From assembly GCA_028864975.1 (NCBI GenBank), contig JAGWLG010000012.1:5986-69985 (forward strand): a DNA stretch of 64,000 bases, given 5' to 3'. Source of the DNA: Thermoplasmata archaeon. Its GTDB lineage: Archaea > Thermoplasmatota > Thermoplasmata > Lutacidiplasmatales > UBA184. Made by a program: the position numbers and the translations under genes. This document shows, one piece after another, positions 51,278 to 59,758 of this stretch. Below the pieces are notes generated by a model. The model did not search any database, was not told the DNA's origin, and saw nothing but the letters and a program-made list of their open reading frames with translations. How positions within the stretch are numbered: position 1 is the stretch's first letter; each line of letters starts with the position of its first letter.

Positions 51278-51499
51278 GTGGAGAGCTACCTGCGCGTCGC
51301 CTTCTCCAGCGAGGGGTCCAAGCCGTCCGAGATCGCCGACAAGCTGCACGCGCTGGGGTTCCGCCCGACCCAGGGGAACTACGACTTCATCTATGACTGG
51401 AAGGCCGGGGTGAAGCTCGAAGAAGCGATGGACCTCGCCGACGAGGTCAGCCGCACGCTGCGCGGGTTCAAGGTCCTCTTCGAAATGGAGACCGTCTGA
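51278..51499 (+). CDS. Small soluble hypothetical protein (73 aa)
   Basis: This is the in-frame tail of ORF 51182..51499, from the GTG at 51278: VESYLRVAFSSEGSKPSEIADKLHALGFRPTQGNYDFIYDWKAGVKLEEAMDLADEVSRTLRGFKVLFEMETV. The composition looks globular. The upstream part of the ORF covers the TATA box, so I excluded it. Confidence 0.55.
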   Translation: MESYLRVAFSSEGSKPSEIADKLHALGFRPTQGNYDFIYDWKAGVKLEEAMDLADEVSRTLRGFKVLFEMETV

Positions 51500-51582
51500 C
51501 CGGGCCCCGGCTCCCGGTCGACCCGAGGCGACGGGGTCTCTGAGCTCACGGGTGCACGCGGCGAAGGGGGGAGATCGATTCC

Positions 51583-52431
51583 GTGAAGGTGGTCATCCCC
51601 GCCGCAGGTCAGGGGACGCGGTTCCTCCCCGCGACCAAGAGCATGCCCAAGGAGATGCTCCCGGTCATCGACCGACCGGTGATCCAGTACGTGGTCGAGG
51701 AGGCCATCGCCTCGGGCGCGGACGACATCACGATCATCACCGGTCGGGGGAAGAGGGCGCTCGAGGACCATTTCGACCACAACCCGGAGCTGGGGAAGTT
51801 CAACGATCTCCCTTCGATGCGGAGCCTGGAGGAGCTCGCCGACCGGGCCACGATCCACTTCGTACGCCAGAGGACCCCCCGCGGGCTGGCCGACGCGGTC
51901 GCCTGCTCGGCCCGGCACGTGGGGCGGGAGGCCTTCGGGATCCTTCTGGGAGATACGATCAACCTCTGCCGACCCCCCTTGCTCCGCCAGCTCTGGAACC
52001 GCTACGAAGAACTCGGCTCCCGTTCCTCCGTGATTGCCGTCGAGCCCGTGCCCGATGCCAAGGTGTCGGACTACGGCATCGTCGCGGGTCCGGAGGTCCG
52101 CCCGGGAGTGTTCGAGGTCCAGAGGATGGTGGAGAAACCCCCGCTCTCGAAGGCGCCGAGCCGCCTGGGCATCACCGGGGCCTACGTCCTCACCCCCGCC
52201 ATCTTTGACGCGATCCGTTCGACCCCTCCCGGGAGAAATCAGGAGGTCCAACTGACCGACGCGCTCGACCGGCTCCGCCAACGGGAGAAGGTCTACGCCG
52301 TGACCTTCCAGGGGACCCGATACGATATTGGCGACCGCTTCTTGTGGCTGCGGACCAACCTGGAGTTCGCTATGCGGGACCCCGAGCTACGGGACCGATT
52401 GCGACCGTACCTCAAGGAGCTCCTGAAATGA
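51583..52431 (+). CDS. galU: UTP--glucose-1-phosphate uridylyltransferase
   Basis: 282 aa with a GTG start: MKVVIPAAGQGTRFLPATKSMPKEMLPVIDRPVIQYVVEEA..ITGRGKRALEDHFD..VRQRTPRGLADAV. This is the classic GalU N-terminal signature. Confidence 0.9.
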   Translation: MKVVIPAAGQGTRFLPATKSMPKEMLPVIDRPVIQYVVEEAIASGADDITIITGRGKRALEDHFDHNPELGKFNDLPSMRSLEELADRATIHFVRQRTPRGLADAVACSARHVGREAFGILLGDTINLCRPPLLRQLWNRYEELGSRSSVIAVEPVPDAKVSDYGIVAGPEVRPGVFEVQRMVEKPPLSKAPSRLGITGAYVLTPAIFDAIRSTPPGRNQEVQLTDALDRLRQREKVYAVTFQGTRYDIGDRFLWLRTNLEFAMRDPELRDRLRPYLKELLK

Positions 52432-53420
52432 CCGAGAGGACGGCCCTCGTCGCCGGAGCCGCAGGGTTCCTGGGTTCGCATCTCACGGAGAACCTGCTCC
52501 GAGATGGGTGGACCGTCATTGGGATCGACAATCTCTCGACCGGTAGGACCGAGAACCTGAAGACCTTCCGGAAACACCCGAGCTTCCGGTTCCTCCGCCG
52601 CGACCTCTCGCGCCGGGTCAAGCTCCCGCCCGCGGAGGCGGTCTTCCACCTCGCGTCCCCCGCGTCTCCTCCCCACTATCAGCGGGACCCCATCGCCTGC
52701 CTGGCCGTGAACGCCTTCGGCACCGCCCAGCTGGCCGAGCACGCGCATCGCTCGGGGGCGCGTTTCTTCCTGGCCTCCACCTCCGAGGTCTATGGGGACC
52801 CCGAGGTCCATCCGCAGCCCGAGAGCTACTTCGGTCATGTCAACCCCTACGGGCCGCGGTCGTGCTACGACGAAGGGAAGCGCTTCGCCGAAGCGATGAC
52901 CCTCGCGTGGGAACAGAGCAAGGGACTGGACGCGCGGATCGCCCGCATCTTCAACACCTACGGCCCGCGCATGGCCCTGGACGACGGGCGGGTGGTGACC
53001 CAGTTCCTCGTGGAGGGCTGGAGAGGCGAACCGATCACGGTCCACGGGGAGGGGAAGCAGACCCGGTCGTTCTGCTACGTCTCCGACCTTATCGAAGGCT
53101 TCCGCAAGCTCTTCGACTCCTCCGTGAAGGGACCCGTCAACCTGGGCAATCCCGAGACCGAAATGTCCGTCGGGGAGCTCGCCGAGAGGGTTCGGGCCCT
53201 CACCGGTGGGCGGTCGACCATCGTCCACACGGAGCGAGGACGGGACGACCCAGAGCGCCGTCGCCCAGATATCTCACGGGCCAAGGAGCTCCTGGGCTGG
53301 GCGCCGAAGGTCCCCCTCACCGAGGGGCTGGAGAAGACCTCCCTGGATGTTCAGGAACGTCTGCGGCGCGCTTCCCGCGCGGCGGCCCGCGTCCGACGTG
53401 TAAAGGAGGGCTCCCCCTGA
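52428..53420 (+). CDS. uxs: UDP-glucuronate decarboxylase (UDP-xylose synthase), SDR family
   Basis: This is the 330-aa tail of ORF 52344..53420, from the ATG at 52428, which overlaps the galU stop as ATGA. The Rossmann motif is VAGAAGFLGSHL. LASTSEVYGDPEVHPQPESYFGHVNPYGPRSCYDEGKRFAEAM and ARIFNTYGPRMALDDGRVVTQF match the UXS-specific conserved blocks. Confidence 0.85.
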   Translation: MTERTALVAGAAGFLGSHLTENLLRDGWTVIGIDNLSTGRTENLKTFRKHPSFRFLRRDLSRRVKLPPAEAVFHLASPASPPHYQRDPIACLAVNAFGTAQLAEHAHRSGARFFLASTSEVYGDPEVHPQPESYFGHVNPYGPRSCYDEGKRFAEAMTLAWEQSKGLDARIARIFNTYGPRMALDDGRVVTQFLVEGWRGEPITVHGEGKQTRSFCYVSDLIEGFRKLFDSSVKGPVNLGNPETEMSVGELAERVRALTGGRSTIVHTERGRDDPERRRPDISRAKELLGWAPKVPLTEGLEKTSLDVQERLRRASRAAARVRRVKEGSP

Positions 53421-54880
53421 TGACGGCCCGCAATCGCTCTCGTGGCCCTCGTACTCGGAAGGCTCGACGCGGGCCGCGCGCGGACCCACCTGAGAAGGCG
53501 AGGGGGCAGCTCGACGTCGCCCGGGCTGAGGAAGGGCCGCTCACCCTCGGAGTCTCCGGCATGGGGTTCGTCGGGGTCGCGATGGCGGTCGCCTTCGCGC
53601 ACTACGGGCACGACGTGGTCGGATGGGACGTCGTCGACCGCCGACGCGAGGACATTGCCAAGGGGCGTGCTCCCTTCTTCGACCCGGGACTCCAGGAAAC
53701 GCTCTCGAGCGCGGTCCGCACCGGCAGGCTCAAAGTCGCCTCAGACCGCGAGAGCTTCTTTCGTCGTGCGGATGTGATCTTCCTCTGCCTCCCCACGCCA
53801 AGCCGTCCCGATGGAAGCGTTGAGACCTCCTTCCTCGAAGAGGAAGCGCTGCGGCTGGGTAAGCTCCTCCGGAAGGGAAGGTCGTGGAAGCTCTTCGTCG
53901 TGAAGAGCACCTCGCCTCCGGGAACCGCTCGCAAGGTCGAGCGCATCCTGGCGGGGGAGAGCGGCAAGCACCCCGCTCAGGACTTCGCCGTCGCCTGCAA
54001 CCCCGAGTTCCTTGCCGAGGGCTCGCTCGTGAAGGACGCGCTCGAGCCTTCCCGCATCGTGCTCGGGACGACGGACGCCCGAGCCGAGCGTGCCCTTCGC
54101 CAGGCCTATCAGGGGTTCCCAGGGAAGGTCGTGGTCCTGCCCCCCCCGGCCGCCGAGCTCGTCAAGTACTCTTCGAATGCCCTGCTCGCGGTCAAGGTCT
54201 CCTTCGCCAACGAGGTCGCGCGTCTTTCCGAGAAAGTGGGGACGGACGTCTATCCCGTGCTCGAGGCCGTGGGCATGGACCCGCGCCTCGGCCCCCACTT
54301 CCTTCGCGCGGGGCCCGGCTTTGGAGGTAGCTGCTTTCCGAAGGACCTTCGAGGACTCGTCGCCTTCGCGAGGCAGATGGGTGTCGCGATGCCGGTGACC
54401 GAGGGGGCGCTCTCGGTCAACGAGACCCAGGCGCGCCACGTGGTCGACCTGGCCGAAGAAGCCTCGGGCGGGTTGCTCGCGGGCCGGGAGGTCGCGCTGC
54501 TCGGGCTCGCCTTCAAGAGCGGCACCGACGACGTGCGTGAATCCCGGGCCTACCCCATCCTGGGCGAACTGCTCAAGCGAGGCGCGATGGTTCGGCTCCA
54601 TGACCCCCGCTCCCTCGAGAACTTCCGAAAGGGTCTCCCCCAGCTCCTTTCGGCGGACCCCGGACCTCGCGTCAGGTTCTGCGAACGGGCGGAGGAAGCG
54701 CTCACGGGTGCGAACCTCGCGCTGCTCCAGTGCGACTGGCCAGAATACCGGGAGATCCCGCTTCCCCTTTGGAAGCAGCTCAAGGACCGACTGGTCGTCG
54801 ACGCCCGCCGAAGCATCGAGGGGAAGGAACTACGGAAGGTCGGGCTACGCTACGTCGCGATCGGACGGGGAGAACCCTGA
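53420..54880 (+). CDS. ugd: UDP-glucose 6-dehydrogenase with a basic N-terminal extension
   Basis: This is the 486-aa tail of ORF 52862..54880, from the ATG at 53420 (1-nt overlap with the uxs stop). It contains GVSGMGFVGVAMAVAFA, NPEFLAEGS and the catalytic Cys block GPGFGGSCFPKD. The first ~45 aa are Arg-rich and may not be translated (alternative start near MGFVG). Confidence 0.88.
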   Translation: MTARNRSRGPRTRKARRGPRADPPEKARGQLDVARAEEGPLTLGVSGMGFVGVAMAVAFAHYGHDVVGWDVVDRRREDIAKGRAPFFDPGLQETLSSAVRTGRLKVASDRESFFRRADVIFLCLPTPSRPDGSVETSFLEEEALRLGKLLRKGRSWKLFVVKSTSPPGTARKVERILAGESGKHPAQDFAVACNPEFLAEGSLVKDALEPSRIVLGTTDARAERALRQAYQGFPGKVVVLPPPAAELVKYSSNALLAVKVSFANEVARLSEKVGTDVYPVLEAVGMDPRLGPHFLRAGPGFGGSCFPKDLRGLVAFARQMGVAMPVTEGALSVNETQARHVVDLAEEASGGLLAGREVALLGLAFKSGTDDVRESRAYPILGELLKRGAMVRLHDPRSLENFRKGLPQLLSADPGPRVRFCERAEEALTGANLALLQCDWPEYREIPLPLWKQLKDRLVVDARRSIEGKELRKVGLRYVAIGRGEP

Positions 54881-54945
54881 ACCCCCTGAGTCGTCCTTGA
54901 CCCGGACCCGATGAGCTTTCAAGCCGGGTCCGCTGGAACCCCACC

Positions 54946-56286
54946 TTGAGCGCCTTGGTGCGGAGCGGAGCTTTGGCGACGGGAGCTGCTTCGAGGGCTC
55001 CCTCCCGTCCCGAGATCCTCCCTCGAGCGTCATCGGTGGACGCCTTCGTTGGGACCTTCAAGGACAACAAGTCAGCGCCCATCCATCGGTGGTTCCAGTA
55101 CCCCGCGGGATTCAGCTATCGAGCGGTGGAACACGCGCTCGAAACGTTCCCCGTCCCCGAAGGAGGGACCGTGTACGACCCGTTCGCCGGCACGGGTACG
55201 ACCCTCGTCGTCTGCAAAGGGCGGGGGATCTCCAGCGTCGGGGTCGAGGCCCACCCCTTGGTCGCAAGGATCGCGCAGACCAAGGTGACGTGGGACCTGG
55301 ACCTGGACAAGCTCGGCCGCGAAGCGGACGCGCTGCTTCGGTCGCTTCCCAGGCGAGTGAGCTCGTCCCGACTCCCACGGGACCTTCCCGCCCTCCTGCA
55401 GAAGTGCTACAGTCCCAAGAACCTCACGAAGCTCTTCGCGATCCGCGACGCTTTGGACCGGGTGGAGAAGGTCCATCGGGACCTCTTCGAGGTCGCGCTC
55501 ATCGGCACGCTGCGGGCGGCCAGCGCGGCAGCCACAGGGTGGCCCTACATCGCGCCCCGGAAGAGGATCCAGGAGAAGGACGCCCTCGAGACCTTCGCGC
55601 TCCAGCTCTCCCACTGCCTGGAGGACCTGCGCGCGACCCGAGCAGAGCGGAGGACCGTCCCCGCCCGGGCCCTTGAAGCGGACGCGCGAGCCCCACCCCT
55701 AGGGAAGGGCTCGGTCGACCTGGCCTTCACCTCTCCCCCCTATCTCAACAACTACGACTACGCCGACCGGCTTCGTTTGGAAACCTACTTCCTGGGCATG
55801 GCCTCGACCTGGGGAGAGATCACCGAAAGGTTCCGGTCCAAGCTCATCGTGGCCGCCACAACCCAGGTGGACCGCCGGGAGGGTTCCGCCAGGGAACGGG
55901 TGGAAGGCGCGCTCGAGGGCCTCGACCCCCAGGTCGCCAGGGAGCTTGGGGAGAAGGTCGAGAAGCTGTCGGAGGTTCGCAAGCACCGGCGTGGGCAGAA
56001 GAGCTACGACCTGATGGTCGCTCGCTACTTCGAGGACATGGCGCAGGCCATGACCGCCACGCGACGTCTTCTCCGGCCTGAAGGGAGGCTCGTGATGATC
56101 CTGGGCGACTCCGCCCCCTACGGGGTGCCTATCCCCACCGAGGAGTACCTCGGGAAGCTCGGGCTCGGCGTGGGGTTCTCCGACTACCGGACGACACGCC
56201 TCAGGTCCCGGGGTGGGAAGTGGCGGTCCAACCCCCAGCGCCATCACGTTCCGCTCAAGGAGTCTTGGCTCCTTCTCAGGGCCTAG
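54946..56286 (+). CDS. SAM-dependent (probably DNA) methyltransferase; motif I precedes an SPPY motif IV; no partner restriction gene
   Basis: 446-aa ORF with a TTG start at 54946; an alternative GTG at 55036 lies just before the conserved part. Motif I is VYDPFAGTGTTLVVCKGRG, and about 190 aa later motif IV is DLAFTSPPYLNNYDYADRLRLE. The N-terminal IHRWFQYPAGFS block is typical of stand-alone DNA methylases. Confidence 0.7.
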   Translation: MSALVRSGALATGAASRAPSRPEILPRASSVDAFVGTFKDNKSAPIHRWFQYPAGFSYRAVEHALETFPVPEGGTVYDPFAGTGTTLVVCKGRGISSVGVEAHPLVARIAQTKVTWDLDLDKLGREADALLRSLPRRVSSSRLPRDLPALLQKCYSPKNLTKLFAIRDALDRVEKVHRDLFEVALIGTLRAASAAATGWPYIAPRKRIQEKDALETFALQLSHCLEDLRATRAERRTVPARALEADARAPPLGKGSVDLAFTSPPYLNNYDYADRLRLETYFLGMASTWGEITERFRSKLIVAATTQVDRREGSARERVEGALEGLDPQVARELGEKVEKLSEVRKHRRGQKSYDLMVARYFEDMAQAMTATRRLLRPEGRLVMILGDSAPYGVPIPTEEYLGKLGLGVGFSDYRTTRLRSRGGKWRSNPQRHHVPLKESWLLLRA

Positions 56287-56391
56287 GGGACCGGCCGTCG
56301 CCGCGGTTCGGGTTTCGCTCCACGGCGTGTCGTGGACGCCACGTGAGGCAAAGGTCAAATCCGCCCTTTCCTCAGAGAGGACCGGTCCAGG

Positions 56392-56718
56392 ATGCAGAAG
56401 TACCCGGTCAGCCCGAAGGTCGTGAAATCGCTCAGCCTCTCCACGCTGCAGTCGGTCCTCCAGGAGGTCTTCGGGAACGGGAGCACCGAGGAGCCTTTCG
56501 CGCACGCGAGCTTTGGCGCGCTCAAGGACCTGAAGGTCGGTTTCGAGGGGAAGTCCATGCTCGTCGAGACCGTCATGGACCCCACCGTGCCCTCGGAGGT
56601 CCAGCAGGAGACGATCCGACGCTACAACAGCTTCCTCGAGCGCGCCACGGGTTACACCGCGAAAGAACGCGCGAAGAAGCTTCAGCAGGCCGCCAAGAAG
56701 GGCGGCGCCGAGGCGTAG
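56392..56718 (+). CDS. Small conserved-looking hypothetical protein (108 aa) with a Lys-rich C terminus
   Basis: The sequence is MQKYPVSPKVVKSLSLSTLQSVLQEVFG..ETIRRYNSFLERATGYTAKERAKKLQQAAKKGGAEA. Its stop lies 1 nt before the GTG start of the downstream site-2 protease gene. Confidence 0.6.
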   Translation: MQKYPVSPKVVKSLSLSTLQSVLQEVFGNGSTEEPFAHASFGALKDLKVGFEGKSMLVETVMDPTVPSEVQQETIRRYNSFLERATGYTAKERAKKLQQAAKKGGAEA

Positions 56719-56719
56719 G

Positions 56720-58333
56720 GTGGCGTACGTCCTCCCCTCGACGGCCACCACCGGCGAGGCGGGCCGGCTGAAGGCCCTCGTGGCCAAGTACTTCCCGGTC
56801 TACGAGGTCCGCGTCACCCAGAACTCGCTCATCATGGCCGTCCAGACGGACAAGGCCACGATGCCCCAGAAGTTCGACCAGCTCCGCCAGGAGCTCTGGC
56901 CGATGAACTACGTCCCGATGGTCCGGGAGCACTCGGGGGAGACGATCATCGAGGTGCTCCGGCGTCCGATGCGGACGACCTGGAAGCCCCTGACGAACGT
57001 CGTCATGCTCGTCGCGACCATCATCACCAGCCTCTTCGCCGGGGCCTTCCTCTGGGTGGCGTACGTCGGAGGCTCGAGCCTCGACGCTTCGGCCCTCCTC
57101 TGGGGGGCCCTGACCTTCGCGATCCCGCTCTTGGCGATCCTCGGGTTCCACGAGCTTGCCCACTTCGTGGTCGCGCGTCGGCACCATGTCGAGGCCTCGC
57201 TGCCGTTCTTCATCCCGATGCCCCCGCCCTTCGTCATCTTCGGGACCTTCGGGGCGTTCATCTCCCTTCGAGAGCCGATACCGGACCGGAAGGCTCTTGT
57301 CGACATCGGGGCGGCGGGGCCGATCGCGGGGTTCGCGCTCGCGGTACCCATCACGCTCGCCGGGCTCTTCCTCACCCAGCACCATCCGATCGCCCTCCCG
57401 CTCAACAACTGCGGGCCCAGCTTCCTCTCCATCCCGTACGGCAACCTGTCGTTCGGGTCCTCCGCCCTCTTCTACGCCCTGGCGCTCTTCTTCCCCAAGG
57501 CCTGGGTGGTCCAGCTCAACCCGCTCGCGATCGCGGGCTGGGTCGGCCTGCTGGTCACCGCGATCAACCTCCTCCCCGCGGGCCAATTGGATGGAGGGCA
57601 CGTCTTTCGGGCCCTCTTCGGACCGAGAGCCGTCCTCGTGAGCTGGGTCTCGGTTGGGGCGCTCTTCTTCCTGGGCATCTGGTATCCGGGGTGGTGGATC
57701 TTCGGGTTCTTGATCCTCATCCTGGGGCCGCGCCATCCACCCCCTCTCAACGACATCACCCCGCTCGACTGGAAACGGCAGGGCATCGGGATCGCCGCGG
57801 CTGCCATCCTGATCACGGGCTTCGTGGCCGTCCCGCTCTCCACGCCCACCGGAGGCTTCCACGTCACCCAGGACAACCTCGTGGCCGGTGGGAATATCCA
57901 CAACTCCACCTACGCCAATCTGAGCCTTACGATCAACAACGACGACTTCGCCCCCCACGCGTTCTGGCTCTTCGTCGGTCTCGCCAAGAACAACACGACC
58001 TGGGCGCTCTGGAACGCCTGGGTGTCGAACCTGACCTGGACGATCCAACTACCGAACGGGACGACCTGGACGACCTCGGGTGCGACCGTGGGAGCGAACT
58101 ACTCGGTCCCCGGAGAGGCGTTCTTCTGTGTCTCCAGCAACGGAACGGGCAAGGCCAGCTGCCCTTCCCCTTACAGCGTACACCTCGTCATCAGCAACCC
58201 CGCGCCACCACCAGATTCGCCCGCGACCACCCCGCGATTCGTGGCGAACGTCAAGGTCGTCGAGCTCTGCGCGTCGGCCCAGGGGCTTCAGAACGGACAG
58301 CCCTGGACCACCACGTTCACGTACCCCGCCTAG
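56720..58333 (+). CDS. Site-2 protease (M50) family intramembrane metalloprotease with a C-terminal sequon-rich extracytoplasmic domain
   Basis: 537 aa with a GTG start. It has HExxH in a TM helix (LAILGFHELAHFVVARRH) and the second metal-ligand motif NLLPAGQLDGGH. The C-terminal ~170 aa contain multiple N-x-S/T sites (NSTY, NLSL, NNTT, NLTW, NGTT, NYSV, NGTG). Confidence 0.85.
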   Translation: MAYVLPSTATTGEAGRLKALVAKYFPVYEVRVTQNSLIMAVQTDKATMPQKFDQLRQELWPMNYVPMVREHSGETIIEVLRRPMRTTWKPLTNVVMLVATIITSLFAGAFLWVAYVGGSSLDASALLWGALTFAIPLLAILGFHELAHFVVARRHHVEASLPFFIPMPPPFVIFGTFGAFISLREPIPDRKALVDIGAAGPIAGFALAVPITLAGLFLTQHHPIALPLNNCGPSFLSIPYGNLSFGSSALFYALALFFPKAWVVQLNPLAIAGWVGLLVTAINLLPAGQLDGGHVFRALFGPRAVLVSWVSVGALFFLGIWYPGWWIFGFLILILGPRHPPPLNDITPLDWKRQGIGIAAAAILITGFVAVPLSTPTGGFHVTQDNLVAGGNIHNSTYANLSLTINNDDFAPHAFWLFVGLAKNNTTWALWNAWVSNLTWTIQLPNGTTWTTSGATVGANYSVPGEAFFCVSSNGTGKASCPSPYSVHLVISNPAPPPDSPATTPRFVANVKVVELCASAQGLQNGQPWTTTFTYPA

Positions 58334-58528
58334 CTCCGCTTCGAAAACGTCGGTCGTGGTGTCCGACACGGCATCAGGGGCCACCCTGGCCCCACCCGAG
58401 CTGTTGGCCGCCCCACAGCGCATTCCCCGACTGACCTTGGGAGAAGCTCCTCGCCTTCCTCGTGAGGTGGTTACACCTCTCCAAGGGCATAGGGAGAAGA
58501 GAGGACGCCAGCAGTCTGACCTCAAGGT

Positions 58529-59707
58529 GTGCTAGAGTGGGAACTGATCGTTCTTCTCCTGGCAGCGACCCTGGGCACCGCCCTGGTCGCCAAACGAACC
58601 GGGGCGCCCATCACCGCGCTGGAGATCGTGATGGGAGTCGCCCTGGTGTACTTCCTGGGGGTCCACCTACCCTTCGGGGCGGGTGTCCTCGCCACCTTCG
58701 GCAGCTTGCTGATCGTCTTCCTTGCCGGGCTGGAGACCCGGATCGAATTCCTGAAGGAGAACTGGCGTTCCGCATGGACCATCGGCCTCCCGGGGTTCGC
58801 GGTCCCGGCCCTGGTCCTGTTCTTCCTTCTCCGCCAGGGCCTGGGGGCACCCCTGTTCGTCTCTGTCGTGGGGGCCACCGCCCTCGCGGACACCTCGATC
58901 TCCATCGTCTACACCACCCTTCACCAGTACCGGCTCGCCAACCTCCCGTTCGGGAGGATGGTGCTCGCCGCCACCCTGGTCGTCAACCTCTCCGAGGATG
59001 CGACCATCACGTCCGGAACGCTGCTCTACTCGGGGCTCACCTGGACCCTGCTGGCCATTCTGGGCGTCCTTCTGGTGCTGGCGCTCTTCCTGCCGAGGTT
59101 GATCGCGCGGCTCCAGTCGGAAGGAGGGACCTATTTTGCCAACATCCCCGCCCGCGGCATCCTGTTGTCCTTGGCGGCGATCGAACTCTTCACCTCGCTG
59201 GCGACCATACCGGGGATCTTCTTCGTCTTCCTCATGGGACTCGTGGTCTCGCGCAGCCTGGACGAGAAGTCGCTCGAACAGGTGCAGGGGCTCGCCTTTG
59301 CGCTCTTCGTGCCCCTCTACTTCGTGAACGTGGGGTTGAACGTGGACCTCCCCTTTGTCCTGGCGAACCTCCCGATACTCCTGGGTCTGGTGGCTGTGGC
59401 TTCCACGGCCAAGATCTCGGCGTTGCTCCCTGGGCTCCGTCGGGTGTTCGGAACGGCTCGGGCTTCCAAGGTGGCCGTCCTGATGAACACCCGGCTGACG
59501 AGCGCGACCGTGATCCTGTTGCTGATGCTCGAGAACGGCTTCATCTCGGACGCGTGGTACTCGCTCTTCATCTCCGGGGTGGTCGTTCTGGCCCTCGGCT
59601 CGTCGGGGGTCCTGCGGGCCTTCCAGGGCTTCTCGAGCGCGGAAGCCGCCCGGCAGGCCCTCGGGTCGTTCCGTATGGAGCCCGCCCCCTCAGGCGCGAC
59701 CTCCTGA
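58529..59707 (+). CDS. Cation:proton antiporter (CPA1/CPA2, Na+/H+ exchanger family)
   Basis: 392 aa with a GTG start and about 11-12 TM helices. The N-terminal pattern LLLAATLGTALVAKRTGAPITALEIVMGVAL..LLIVFLAGLETRIE is typical of Kef/NapA-type exchangers. Confidence 0.8.
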   Translation: MLEWELIVLLLAATLGTALVAKRTGAPITALEIVMGVALVYFLGVHLPFGAGVLATFGSLLIVFLAGLETRIEFLKENWRSAWTIGLPGFAVPALVLFFLLRQGLGAPLFVSVVGATALADTSISIVYTTLHQYRLANLPFGRMVLAATLVVNLSEDATITSGTLLYSGLTWTLLAILGVLLVLALFLPRLIARLQSEGGTYFANIPARGILLSLAAIELFTSLATIPGIFFVFLMGLVVSRSLDEKSLEQVQGLAFALFVPLYFVNVGLNVDLPFVLANLPILLGLVAVASTAKISALLPGLRRVFGTARASKVAVLMNTRLTSATVILLLMLENGFISDAWYSLFISGVVVLALGSSGVLRAFQGFSSAEAARQALGSFRMEPAPSGATS

Positions 59708-59758
59708 GGCGACGAAGGAAAGGCCCCGGAGTTGGGCGGAGAGGTGTTGCAGGGCCCC

